From Sphingomonas bacterium (lineage in GTDB: Bacteria; Pseudomonadota; Alphaproteobacteria; Sphingomonadales; Sphingomonadaceae), in contig JASBRX010000032.1 of NCBI GenBank assembly GCA_030149245.1, positions 5,247 through 69,246 on the forward strand: a stretch of DNA of 64,000 nucleotides. The letters are read 5' to 3'. Position 1 is the first letter of the stretch. Every line of letters starts with the position of its first letter. This document shows positions 39,022 to 47,842 of this stretch, one piece after another. Both the position numbers and the translations under genes were made by a program. The notes below the pieces were generated by a model. That model was not told the origin of the DNA and made no database searches. It worked only from the letters and a program-made list of their open reading frames with translations.

Positions 39022-40335
39022 ATGGCTGACCTGTTCGGCGGGACCGCACCCGCCGCCTCCCCATCTGAAATCTCCGCCTCCGCGCCGCTGGCGGATCGGC
39101 TGCGTCCGGCGCGGCTGGAGGAAGTGGTGGGGCAGGAACATCTGACCGGGCCGGAGGGCGCGATCGGGCGGATGGTGGCGGCGGGGAAGCTGTCGTCGAT
39201 CATCCTGTGGGGACCGCCGGGGACCGGAAAGACGACCACCGCGCGGCTGCTCGCCGATGCGGTGGGGCTGCGCTTCGTTGCGATCAGCGCGGTATTTTCG
39301 GGCGTCGCGGACCTCAAAAAGGTGTTCGCCGAGGCGAAGGAATTTGCGCGGGTCGGGCAGCGGACCTTGCTGTTCGTGGACGAGATCCACCGGTTCAACC
39401 GCGCGCAGCAGGACGGGTTTCTGCCGTTTGTCGAGGATGGCACTGTGACGCTGGTCGGCGCGACGACGGAAAATCCGTCATTCGAACTCAACGCCGCACT
39501 GCTCAGCCGCGCGCAGGTGCTGATCCTGCGGCGGCTCGACCACCCGGCGCTCAGCCAGTTGCTCGACCGCGCCGAGGTGATCGAGGGTCGCCCCCTCCCC
39601 CTCACCCCCGAAGCGCGCGATGCGCTCGTGGCGAGCGCGGATGGTGATGGGCGGTTCCTGCTTAATCAGGCGGAGACGCTTTACTCGGTCAGCTTCGACG
39701 CGCCGCTCGATCCGGCGGGGCTGTCGGCGTTCCTGCAGCGCCGCGTCGCGGTGTACGACAAGGACCGTGAGGGGCATTACAACCTCATCTCCGCGCTGCA
39801 CAAATCGCTGCGCGGGAGCGATCCGCAGGCGGCGCTCTACTATCTCGCGCGGATGCTGGTGGCGGGTGAGGAGCCGCTCTACGTGCTGCGACGGCTGGTG
39901 CGGTTTGCGAGCGAGGATATCGGCCTGGCCGACCCGCAGGCGTTGGTCCAGTGCCTTGCTGCCAAGGATAGCTACGATTTTCTGGGATCGCCCGAGGGCG
40001 AACTCGCGATCGTGCAGGCGTGCCTCTATTGCGCGACCGCCCCCAAATCGAACGCGGCTTATATGGCGATGAAGGCGGCGTGGCGGTCAGCGAAGGAAAC
40101 GGGATCGCTGATGCCGCCGCAAAACATCCTCAATGCGCCGACCAAGCTGATGAAGGAGATCGGCTATGGCAAGGGCTATGCCTATGACCATGATGCGGAG
40201 GATGGCTTCTCGGGCGCGAATTATTGGCCGGAAGAGATGACGCCGCAGACCTTCTACACCCCGACCGACCGCGGGGTGGAGAAGAAGATCGCCGAAAGGC
40301 TGGCGTGGTGGGACGCGCGGCGGGGGCGGCGCTAA
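39022..40335 (+). CDS. rarA: Replication-associated recombination protein A
   Basis: PLADRLRP, GPPGTGKTT, DEIHRFNRAQQD, GATTENPSF. Confidence 0.96.
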   Translation: MADLFGGTAPAASPSEISASAPLADRLRPARLEEVVGQEHLTGPEGAIGRMVAAGKLSSIILWGPPGTGKTTTARLLADAVGLRFVAISAVFSGVADLKKVFAEAKEFARVGQRTLLFVDEIHRFNRAQQDGFLPFVEDGTVTLVGATTENPSFELNAALLSRAQVLILRRLDHPALSQLLDRAEVIEGRPLPLTPEARDALVASADGDGRFLLNQAETLYSVSFDAPLDPAGLSAFLQRRVAVYDKDREGHYNLISALHKSLRGSDPQAALYYLARMLVAGEEPLYVLRRLVRFASEDIGLADPQALVQCLAAKDSYDFLGSPEGELAIVQACLYCATAPKSNAAYMAMKAAWRSAKETGSLMPPQNILNAPTKLMKEIGYGKGYAYDHDAEDGFSGANYWPEEMTPQTFYTPTDRGVEKKIAERLAWWDARRGRR

Positions 40336-40336
40336 T

Positions 40337-40446
40337 TCGTCACCCCCGCGAAAGCGGGGGCCCATCTCCTGCGGGATACGTGCATAGCACCGGTGAAATT
40401 GGAGGACAGTCCGGGAGATGGGCCCCCCCGTTAGCGGGGGTGACGA
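40337..40446. repeat. CGTC-tagged REP-like inverted dimer
   Basis: TCGTCACCCCCGCGAAAGCGGGGGCCCATCTCC ... GGAGATGGGCCCCCCCGTTAGCGGGGGTGACGA. Confidence 0.88.
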
Positions 40447-40465
40447 CCAGAGCAAGCCGGGGTTG

Positions 40466-41710
40466 CTACTTCACCCGATAGCGCAGCACCACATCCCCCT
40501 CACCGCGCCGCTCCCACGCGCCGGGCCACGCCACATCGGCGCGGAGCAGCAGGGCGTCGAGGTCGGCGGTCGGCCATTTCATTTCCTTGTGCGGCCAATC
40601 CTTCGCCCGGTCGCGATAGGCCGCAACGAAGTCGGTAGCTGCGCGGAGCGAGCGGCCTTTACCGTCACTCCAGCCATAGAGGTCGACGCCAAGGCACGCG
40701 GCGCTGTCGGCGACGTGATAGGCCGAGTCGATCGCGTAGATCGAATAGTGGAAGCTGCGCGTGCGGGTGAGCTCCTCGGGCATCGCGCCGCCCGGTTCGA
40801 TCTGTGTCGCGATGCGCCTAGCGGGGAAGTCGGCGACGATCTTGCGAGCCAAGTCGGGGCGGCGCGCGAACAGCGCGTAGCGGGTGACCTGCGCATCATA
40901 CCAGATGCCGTGATTGTTGTTCTTGGCCCCCTCGCCCTTGCCATTGGGGCTGGACAACATCCAGTCGAGATAGCGGCTGAACCAGCCCTCCAGCGCCTTG
41001 ACCTCGTCCGCCGACAGCGCACCCGACGGCCCGGCGAGACCAACGGCGTCGATCACGCCGATGAACGCGGCTGTGTCGAGCACGCCCTCGGGTCGCCCGG
41101 TCGAACGGCCCGGCACCATCTGCGCATAGTTCATATTGGGGTTCATCGCCGTTGCCGGATCGAGGAACCAGGCGCGGACGATTGCGGCCAGCTTGTCGGC
41201 GTAGCGGTGGTCGCCGGTGTAATAATAAGCGAGGCCGAGCAGGTCGGCGTCGCTCGCCATCCGGCCGAGCGCCATGCGGTCGAAGCGGTCGGTATTGCGT
41301 TCCGGATTCACCTCGCCATCGCGGCGGATATAGGGGCCGGCGGGGTTGGCGGGATCGGGCCACCAATAGGGGGCGAGGCTGATATAGTCCTGGCGATCCT
41401 TCGATGGGGGCATGGTGTCCTTGTCGAGCACGCTACCCGGCTTGCGCTTGAGCGCGTCGTCCGCGCGCTTGACCAGCGTTGCAAGCGCAGCCCTGGCCTT
41501 GGCATCGGTCGGCAACGCCGCCTTGATCGCGGTGAGTTCGGTGGGTCGCAGGGTGAAGGTGCGGCGACCGTCGAACGCGGCGGCATAGCCCTCGACGCCG
41601 GTGCAGTGCTGCGCGGATGAAAAGGCCGCCGCCGGGGGTGAAAACCCCGCGGCGGCGGTGATGGCGAGGACCGAGAGAGGGATGGCCCAGCCGAGTTGCT
41701 GCAGGTTCAT
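40466..41710 (-). CDS. Alginate-lyase-domain polysaccharide lyase (probably PL38-like)
   Basis: Signal peptide; DYISLAPYWWP, RDGEVNP, NNHGIW, RTRSFHYS. Family assignment is from recalled motifs. Confidence 0.8.
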   Translation of the reverse strand: MNLQQLGWAIPLSVLAITAAAGFSPPAAAFSSAQHCTGVEGYAAAFDGRRTFTLRPTELTAIKAALPTDAKARAALATLVKRADDALKRKPGSVLDKDTMPPSKDRQDYISLAPYWWPDPANPAGPYIRRDGEVNPERNTDRFDRMALGRMASDADLLGLAYYYTGDHRYADKLAAIVRAWFLDPATAMNPNMNYAQMVPGRSTGRPEGVLDTAAFIGVIDAVGLAGPSGALSADEVKALEGWFSRYLDWMLSSPNGKGEGAKNNNHGIWYDAQVTRYALFARRPDLARKIVADFPARRIATQIEPGGAMPEELTRTRSFHYSIYAIDSAYHVADSAACLGVDLYGWSDGKGRSLRAATDFVAAYRDRAKDWPHKEMKWPTADLDALLLRADVAWPGAWERRGEGDVVLRYRVK

Positions 41711-41772
41711 GGTGCCGGGTGCTCCGGGTTACGATGTGTATGACAACTCGTGCGATGGTCGTCAACTAGCCG

Positions 41773-43656
41773 TTAGTCGTAGTTGTATGACAAAGCCCAA
41801 CTTGTTTCCAGCGTTCGCAATGGCATGTCCTGACCCGTACGCGCGCATTTGACTACAGTGGCAAAAGGTCCAGTGGGTGCGCGGTAGACCGGGTCGGTCG
41901 CGGGCTGCGCATCGCAGGCGCCATAGCCCGTGGTGGCGAAGCGTTTCACGGTGCCACGCGCGAACTGGATGCCGGTCCTGCTTTTTGCGGCGCCCTCCGA
42001 GAAACTGGCAAACTCCATGTCGATCCGCGCGATCTTGACGCCCTCAGCCGGGACGATGCGGTCGCGGCGTTCGATCCGTCCGGGTGAGAAGCGGTAATGC
42101 GTTTCGATCGACACGCGCGTGTCGAGCTGCGCGTCGTTGCCGCCCATGCGGTCGAGCGAATCCTGCCGCCAGCGCACATCGGTGACCGCGCCGCGCCGCG
42201 TGACGCGCACATCCTTGAAGAACGCCAGCGGCATCAGCACGTCACCATTGGCGAGTGTGATGCGCGGCAACAGCTGCGGGAAGGTCGCATCAGCGGAGCC
42301 TGCGAGCATGCCGGGCGAAAAGGGGATCGGGAAATAGGGGTTGTTCATATGCTGCCCCTCTGCCCCGTTGATGATCGGGAGCGCGATCATCCGCTTCCCG
42401 TCTCGGATCGTCACAAGCCCGCGATCATGCACGCCGCGCGCGAACCACGTCATGGTCGAGCGCGGCAGCGTGTCCAGCCAGCGCGCGAACCCCGCATCGG
42501 GCGCCTGACCGCGATAGCCGAGCCGGTTCCAGATCGCGTTGGTGTAGATATGCTGGCGCGCGAGGCTGAAGTTCTCACCCAATATGCGCGCTTCGCCGCG
42601 ATAGACATCGGTGCGCCGTCCCTGCCCCCATAAGGTGCGGCCCCACATGTCGACCGAGCCGCTGACCGGATCGATCCAGAAATCCATGTAACGCGCGGTG
42701 ACGCGGCTGGAAAAGGCATAGGCCATGCGCTCTTCGACCGGGGTCATCACCTTGAGCAAGGCGGCGGCGGTCAGCACTTCGAGGAAGGCGGTGTCGCCAT
42801 AGGTGCCGATGCTGCGGCCATATTCGAACCCTTCGCCATGCAGGTTGAAACGTGGGAGCAGCAGGTCGACCGACTTGCGCAACCACGCCTTGACCTCATC
42901 GCTCGGCGTCATGCCGGTTTCGAGCAGGCGGTGTGCGATCTCGCCGATCAGCAGCACCGAATAGCGGTCGAACCGCCCCTTCCCCTCGGTCTCGTCGGCA
43001 AAGCCATATTCGCCCGAATATTTGCGATAATGGTCGATCATCCGCGCGAGCAGCTGGTCACCCGCCGACGCGTCCTCCCAGCCGAGCAAATGGCGGAAGC
43101 GCGCGATCGAGAAGGCGACGCCGTAATAATTATTGGGCAGGTTGATCAGGCTGAGGTCGGGCCGGACGAAGCGCCGCCAGTCGAGCCGCTGTTTGAGCGT
43201 GGCGAGCGTCGCCGGGCGCACCGCCCGCTCAAGCAACCCCCGCGCGTGCAGGTCGTGCAGCGCGGCGATATAATAATAAAGGCCCCAGCTTTCATTGTCG
43301 TTCGCCAGCGTGAGGTCGGCCATGTCGGCGAACTCGCGCAGCCTTTGGTCGAGACGGGGATCGTTCGGTTCGAGCGCGACGATGCGGTGCGCCATGGTTG
43401 CGGCGATCTTGCCCGGCAGGAACTTGTCGCCGCCTGCGAAGACCGCGACGCCGTCGATCTTCGTCGCCTTGCCATCGCGCAGCAGCTGTTCGACCAGCCT
43501 TTCGAGCTGGGGCGAGAGGCGCGTCGTGACGCTGGTGTCCATCGGCGCGACGGCGTCGGCATAGACCGGACCGGCTGGCGCGTCGGCGCGGCGATCGGCG
43601 GGGGCGGCCTGGGCCGCGACGGGGGCCGCGAGTGCCAACAGCAACAACGAACGCAT
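41773..43656 (-). CDS. Uncharacterised secreted protein (627 aa), candidate carbohydrate-active enzyme
   Basis: Signal peptide; start overlaps the GH105 stop; helical N-part, beta-rich C-part. Confidence 0.8.
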   Translation of the reverse strand: MRSLLLLALAAPVAAQAAPADRRADAPAGPVYADAVAPMDTSVTTRLSPQLERLVEQLLRDGKATKIDGVAVFAGGDKFLPGKIAATMAHRIVALEPNDPRLDQRLREFADMADLTLANDNESWGLYYYIAALHDLHARGLLERAVRPATLATLKQRLDWRRFVRPDLSLINLPNNYYGVAFSIARFRHLLGWEDASAGDQLLARMIDHYRKYSGEYGFADETEGKGRFDRYSVLLIGEIAHRLLETGMTPSDEVKAWLRKSVDLLLPRFNLHGEGFEYGRSIGTYGDTAFLEVLTAAALLKVMTPVEERMAYAFSSRVTARYMDFWIDPVSGSVDMWGRTLWGQGRRTDVYRGEARILGENFSLARQHIYTNAIWNRLGYRGQAPDAGFARWLDTLPRSTMTWFARGVHDRGLVTIRDGKRMIALPIINGAEGQHMNNPYFPIPFSPGMLAGSADATFPQLLPRITLANGDVLMPLAFFKDVRVTRRGAVTDVRWRQDSLDRMGGNDAQLDTRVSIETHYRFSPGRIERRDRIVPAEGVKIARIDMEFASFSEGAAKSRTGIQFARGTVKRFATTGYGACDAQPATDPVYRAPTGPFATVVKCARTGQDMPLRTLETSWALSYNYD

Positions 43657-44825
43657 CAACGATACTCCTTCCGCGCGAGATCGGCCATCGCGGTACCGGC
43701 GAGCAAAAACGCGCCCGCGCCATAGAATTGGGTTTCGCGCGCTGAGACGCTGTCGGGCCGGTCACCGACCTGCTGCACCCAGCCGAGCATGCCGTCGGGC
43801 TGCACCGCGCGGACGATCGCGTCCCAGCCGCGGATCGCCGCGGGCTGATAGGTCGCGCGGTCGAGCAGCCCGGCGTCGATGCCCCAGGCAAAAGCGTAGG
43901 TGTAGAATGCGGTGCCGCTGCTTTCGGGCGGCGTTCCGGGATCGGTGTCGAGCAAAGAGGGCGACCAGTATCCATCGGGCTTTTGCAGGGTCAGCAGCCT
44001 TGCCGCCATGTCGCGGAACAACCCTTCATAATATGCGCGTTTGGGATCTTTGCGCGGCATCGCGTCGAGCATGCGCACGATGCCGGCCATCACCCAGCCA
44101 TTGCCGCGGCTCCAGAATTGCTTGCGCCCTTTGGCATCGCGCGTGTCGAAGAAGCGGCTGTCGCGGAAATAGAGCTTCTCAACGGGGTCGTAGAGATAGT
44201 CGGTGGTCGCCTTGAACTCTTCATGCGCGAACTCGGCATAGCGCTGGTCGCCGGTCTGGCGCGCGAGCTGCAGCAGCGTCGGCGGGGCCATGAACAGCGC
44301 GTCGCACCAGCACCAGCGGTCCGTACATTTCGACCAGCCCGCCCCCGGCGCACCGGGGATGAATTCGAGGCTGCCGGTCGGGCGGTTGGCGAGGACATGG
44401 TCAAAATAGGCGATGGTCGGCGCGAGCGCTTCCCTGCCTGCCCCGTTGCGCGCGGCCCAGATCCACGCCTGTCCGATCAGTTGATCGTCGGCGTGAAAGG
44501 GATTGTCGCCGAGTTTCCACGCCTGGTCCCGCCCGAGTTCCATCAGCGGCGGGGCGTAGCGCGCGTCTCGCTTCGCCAGTTCGGTCAGCGCGATCCAGAA
44601 CGTCGCCTGCTGCCAGTCGCGCGGGTTCTGCACGCTCTTGCGCGCGGCGGGCATCGTTGCCCAGTTGGTGCGGTTGGCGAGCTGCCAGTCGGCAACGCGA
44701 CGTACTTGCGCAAGGATCGCGTCCGGGCGGGGCAGCTGCGCGCGTGTCTCGACTGCCGCTGGCGACACTGTCGGAACCGCTGTAGCGGGAGCCGCCCCGG
44801 CAAGGGCGAGCAGGATCAGTGACAT
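43656..44825 (-). CDS. GH105 (GH88/105) unsaturated uronyl hydrolase
   Basis: HADD, WCDALFMAPP, FWSRGNGW, ESSGTAF, YGAGAFLLAG. Confidence 0.92.
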   Translation of the reverse strand: MSLILLALAGAAPATAVPTVSPAAVETRAQLPRPDAILAQVRRVADWQLANRTNWATMPAARKSVQNPRDWQQATFWIALTELAKRDARYAPPLMELGRDQAWKLGDNPFHADDQLIGQAWIWAARNGAGREALAPTIAYFDHVLANRPTGSLEFIPGAPGAGWSKCTDRWCWCDALFMAPPTLLQLARQTGDQRYAEFAHEEFKATTDYLYDPVEKLYFRDSRFFDTRDAKGRKQFWSRGNGWVMAGIVRMLDAMPRKDPKRAYYEGLFRDMAARLLTLQKPDGYWSPSLLDTDPGTPPESSGTAFYTYAFAWGIDAGLLDRATYQPAAIRGWDAIVRAVQPDGMLGWVQQVGDRPDSVSARETQFYGAGAFLLAGTAMADLARKEYR

Positions 44826-44901
44826 CTCATTTCCTTCCGGCAGCAACGCGGCACGTGGCGGTCGCGCGCCCTCTCCTGATCACCCGGCGCGTCATTCCTG
44901 T

Positions 44902-44915
44902 TGACACCGGTGCCA
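44902..44915. promoter_or_regulatory. LacI-type near-palindrome
   Basis: TGACACCGGTGCCA with central CG. Confidence 0.45.
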
Positions 44916-44949
44916 TAATCTTTCCAATTGACGTCGAGCTGTCAATAAG

Positions 44950-44962
44950 GTTGTCACACAAC
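44950..44962. promoter_or_regulatory. FadR/GntR-type operator
   Basis: GTTGT-CAC-ACAAC; related copies at 41735-41747 and 41782-41794. Confidence 0.65.
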
Positions 44963-44986
44963 TAGACAATAGTCGAGGGAGATTGG

Positions 44987-45904
44987 ATGCCCGAAGCGCG
45001 AACAGGTCGTGGCGCCATTGCGGTTGGCGCGCTTGCCCTGCTGGCCGCGCCACTGGCGTTGGCACAGGACCGCAAGCCATTGCGCCCGGCCTCGGCCGAA
45101 GAGCAGACCGCGCGTGCGGCGGTGTCGATCGCCGATTATCGTTTCGGTGACCTGTTGTTCGAAAATGACCGGATCGCGTTCCGCATCTATGGGCGCCCGC
45201 TTGAGGCGGCAGAGCCGCCCTCCTCCTCCGGCATCGACGCGTGGGGCAAGCGCGTGCGCTGGCCGTTCATGGACCGGCAGCTGCGCACCGGCGACCAGCA
45301 TCAGGATCAAGGCGAGGGGGTCGATTTCTACAATGTCGGCACCGGTCGCGGGATCGGCGGCCTTGGCATCTGGCACGACAACAAGCTGTGGACCTCTCGC
45401 AACTATGTGAACCCGCGCATCGCGAGCGCCGGGCCGGATCGCGCGGCGTTCAGCGTCGACTATCCCGCCTGGCCAGTCGATACCGCGCGCACCGTGGCGG
45501 AGACGCGGCGGTTCGCGCTGGTGCCGGGCAGCAATTTCATCCGGATGACATCCACCATCGCGTCGAGCAGCGCCGAGCCGCTGACCGTTGCGGTCGGCTT
45601 GTCCAAGCGCCCGACCGGAACTGCGTTGGGCAAGGTGACCAAGGATGCCGAGCGGGCGCGACTGATCTGGTGGGGGCCGGAGGCGCCGGACAAGGGCGCA
45701 ATGGCGGGCGCGGTGATGGTCGATCCGGCGGCGTTCGTCGGCTTTGCCGAGGATGCCGACAATTACCTGATCCTCGTCCGGGTCACGCCGGGCAAACCCT
45801 TTGTCTATTATGCCGGCGCGGCGTGGAGCGGCGGTCCCGATTTCAAGCGCGAACCCGATTGGCACGCCTATGTCCAGCAGCAACAGCCTGATTTCAAACC
45901 CTAG
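44987..45904 (+). CDS. DUF4861-like protein
   Basis: DLLFENDRIAFRIYG, SSGIDAWGKR, GEGVDFYNVG; signal peptide. Confidence 0.8.
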   Translation: MPEARTGRGAIAVGALALLAAPLALAQDRKPLRPASAEEQTARAAVSIADYRFGDLLFENDRIAFRIYGRPLEAAEPPSSSGIDAWGKRVRWPFMDRQLRTGDQHQDQGEGVDFYNVGTGRGIGGLGIWHDNKLWTSRNYVNPRIASAGPDRAAFSVDYPAWPVDTARTVAETRRFALVPGSNFIRMTSTIASSSAEPLTVAVGLSKRPTGTALGKVTKDAERARLIWWGPEAPDKGAMAGAVMVDPAAFVGFAEDADNYLILVRVTPGKPFVYYAGAAWSGGPDFKREPDWHAYVQQQQPDFKP

Positions 45905-45938
45905 TCACATGGCCACGGGCAATGCTATCCGTGCCGTG

Positions 45939-46670
45939 ATGACGGTGACCAAGGCGGCATCGCTGGCCGACGATCTCGTCCAGCGGTTCGAGGAACAGAT
46001 CGAACGCGGAGAGATGCCGCCCGGCTCGCGCTTCCCGACCGAGAAAGCGATTACCGAGAGTTTCGGGGTCAGCCGGACCGTGGTGCGCGAAGCCTATTCA
46101 CGGCTCGCCGCGCGCGGGCTGCTCGTCTCGCGACGCGGATCGGGGGCCTATGTCGCGGAGGGCGCGCAGTATCGCGCGTTTCAGGTGACACCGGACGAGG
46201 TCAGCGCGATCGACGACGTGCTGCGCCTGCTGGAAATGCGCATGGGGTTCGAGGCGGAGATGGCCGCGCTCGCCGCCGAACGCCGGACCGAGGCGGACCT
46301 GGAGGACATCCGCGCTGCGCTGGCGGCGATGGACGCGAGCACCGAGGCGGAAGGGTCGGTCGCCGCCGACGCGGCGTTCCACGCGGCGATCGCGCGCGCG
46401 ACGGGCAACGCCTATTTCGTGCGCTTTACCCAGTTTCTCGGCGTGCGGCTGGTCCCCTCACGCAAGCTGTATTTGCAGGGCAACGACCTGCGGAAGCACC
46501 AGCGCTATGCCCGGATGATCAACCGCGACCATGAGGCGATCTACTCTGCGATCGAGACGGGCGACCCGGCAGCGGCGCGGCGCGCGGCGCGGCGGCACAT
46601 CCAGAAGTCGATCGACCGGCACGAGGCGCTGAAGGCCGGGCGGAGTGACGGCGAAGGCGATGAGGGGTGA
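45939..46670 (+). CDS. FadR/GntR family regulator
   Basis: PPGSRFPTE...FGVSRTVVREA...GSGAYV; FCD domain DAAFHAAIA, HEAI. Confidence 0.93.
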   Translation: MTVTKAASLADDLVQRFEEQIERGEMPPGSRFPTEKAITESFGVSRTVVREAYSRLAARGLLVSRRGSGAYVAEGAQYRAFQVTPDEVSAIDDVLRLLEMRMGFEAEMAALAAERRTEADLEDIRAALAAMDASTEAEGSVAADAAFHAAIARATGNAYFVRFTQFLGVRLVPSRKLYLQGNDLRKHQRYARMINRDHEAIYSAIETGDPAAARRAARRHIQKSIDRHEALKAGRSDGEGDEG

Positions 46671-46675
46671 AATTC

Positions 46676-46839
46676 AATTCCTCCCCTGTCCCGCAGGGGA
46701 GGTGGCAGCGAAGCTGACGGAGGGGCCGCCCTCGTAGAGGGCGGAATTTTGCCGAGCTGCCCACGGCTGTCTACGCGGCCGCCCCTCCACCACCCGCTGC
46801 GCGGGCGGTCCCCCTCCCCTGCGGTGCAGGGGAGGAATT
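46676..46839. repeat. CCTCCCC/GGGGAGG element, close relative of the 37834 copy
   Basis: AATTCCTCCCCTG...CAGGGGAGGAATT. Confidence 0.85.
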
Positions 46840-46871
46840 AGACACAGGCGACCGAGCAGCCGGTGGCGGGG

Positions 46872-46899
46872 TGGATGCTGAAACAAGTTCAGCATGACG
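46872..46899 (-). repeat. Solo CGTC-tagged REP-like unit
   Basis: Minus strand CGTCATGCTGAACTTGTTTCAGCATCCA. Confidence 0.75.
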
Positions 46900-46916
46900 A
46901 AACTGAAGCAGGCAAC

Positions 46917-46950
46917 AAAAAAGGGGGAGGGTTTCTCCCTCCCCCTCTTT
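46917..46950 (-). terminator. Intrinsic terminator of flgFGAH, possibly bidirectional
   Basis: AAAAAAGGGGGAGGG-TTTCT-CCCTCCCCCTCTTT. Confidence 0.85.
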
Positions 46951-46977
46951 GGAATGGCGGCGCTTCTGCGCCTCCCT

Positions 46978-47046
46978 TCCCTTTCCTCGGCCCCCCGGCT
47001 GGGAAAGGGGCTGGCCCGTCCACGGCCCCCCGGCTGGGACGGGCCA
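46978..47046. ncRNA. Twin-hairpin structured element directly after the flgH stop
   Basis: Two hairpins with identical CGGCCCCCCGGCTG apex and different but fully paired 9-bp stems. Confidence 0.5.
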
Positions 47047-47049
47047 AGC

Positions 47050-47829
47050 TCAGAATGGAAAGAGTGCGTCGTAGATCTGCTGGCCCCAGCGCGCCTGCTG
47101 TGCATCGGACAGCTGGCCGCGGCCGCCATAGCTGATCCGTGCTTCGGCGATCTGGCTGTGGCGGACCGAATTGTCGCGGCCGATGTCCTGCGGGCGGACC
47201 ACGCCGCTGACCACCAGCTCGCGCAATTCATTGTTCACGCGCACTTCCTGACGGCCCCGGATGCCGAGATTGCCATTGGGGAAGACGTTGGTGACGATCG
47301 CGGACATGGTCATGTTGATCGTTTCGGACCGGCTGATATTGCCGCCGCCGCCCGACTGCGACTTGCTGTCGGTGCTGGCGAGGTTCGCCGGATTGATCGA
47401 CTTGGGCAGCAGCTTTTCAAGGCCGAGCAGTGAGGCGATGCTGGCGCTTTCCGAGCCGGTGCGGACGCGCGAGGTGTTGTTGCCGACCTCGGCTTTGTCC
47501 GCGATGTTGATCTTGATCGTCAGAATATCGCCCATGCGGGTCGCGCGCTGATCGCCGAGGAAGGCGCCGGCGCCGGCGCGGAACAGCGACGCCGAGGCGG
47601 CGGGCGCCTGCACCGGCACCGTGCCGGGTGCGACCGGCGCATTGGCGACCGCCGCCGCGACGCTGCCATCGCGCAGCCCGGGATTGCCGATCGAGCGTTC
47701 GCCGCCCGGCATCGCCATTTCTTCAGGCGCGCTCATCTTGGGCGCCTTACCGATGCGGCCGAGTCGGTCGACTGCGCCGCAACCCGAAACCAGCGTCGCT
47801 GCGGTGACGGCGAGAATGATCTTCTTCAT
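47050..47829 (-). CDS. flgH: Flagellar L-ring protein
   Basis: Lipobox VSGC, GDILTIKI, PNGNL, IAEARISYGGRG. Confidence 0.95.
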   Translation of the reverse strand: MKKIILAVTAATLVSGCGAVDRLGRIGKAPKMSAPEEMAMPGGERSIGNPGLRDGSVAAAVANAPVAPGTVPVQAPAASASLFRAGAGAFLGDQRATRMGDILTIKINIADKAEVGNNTSRVRTGSESASIASLLGLEKLLPKSINPANLASTDSKSQSGGGGNISRSETINMTMSAIVTNVFPNGNLGIRGRQEVRVNNELRELVVSGVVRPQDIGRDNSVRHSQIAEARISYGGRGQLSDAQQARWGQQIYDALFPF

Positions 47830-47842
47830 GGGGTCAACTCCC

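Noticed and set aside
11691-39605. Long N-terminal extensions in the ORF track (ABC permease, pgk, MOSC, tkt, PadR and others)
   Set aside because: They overlap neighbouring genes or repeats; downstream starts with RBS or stop/start overlaps fit better
44901-44919. TTGACA...CATAAT as a sigma70 promoter
   Set aside because: The spacer is only 7 nt; better read as a palindromic operator
7752-46899. Dispersed repeats as a CRISPR array or IS ends
   Set aside because: No regular repeat-spacer periodicity, and no cas or transposase gene in the window
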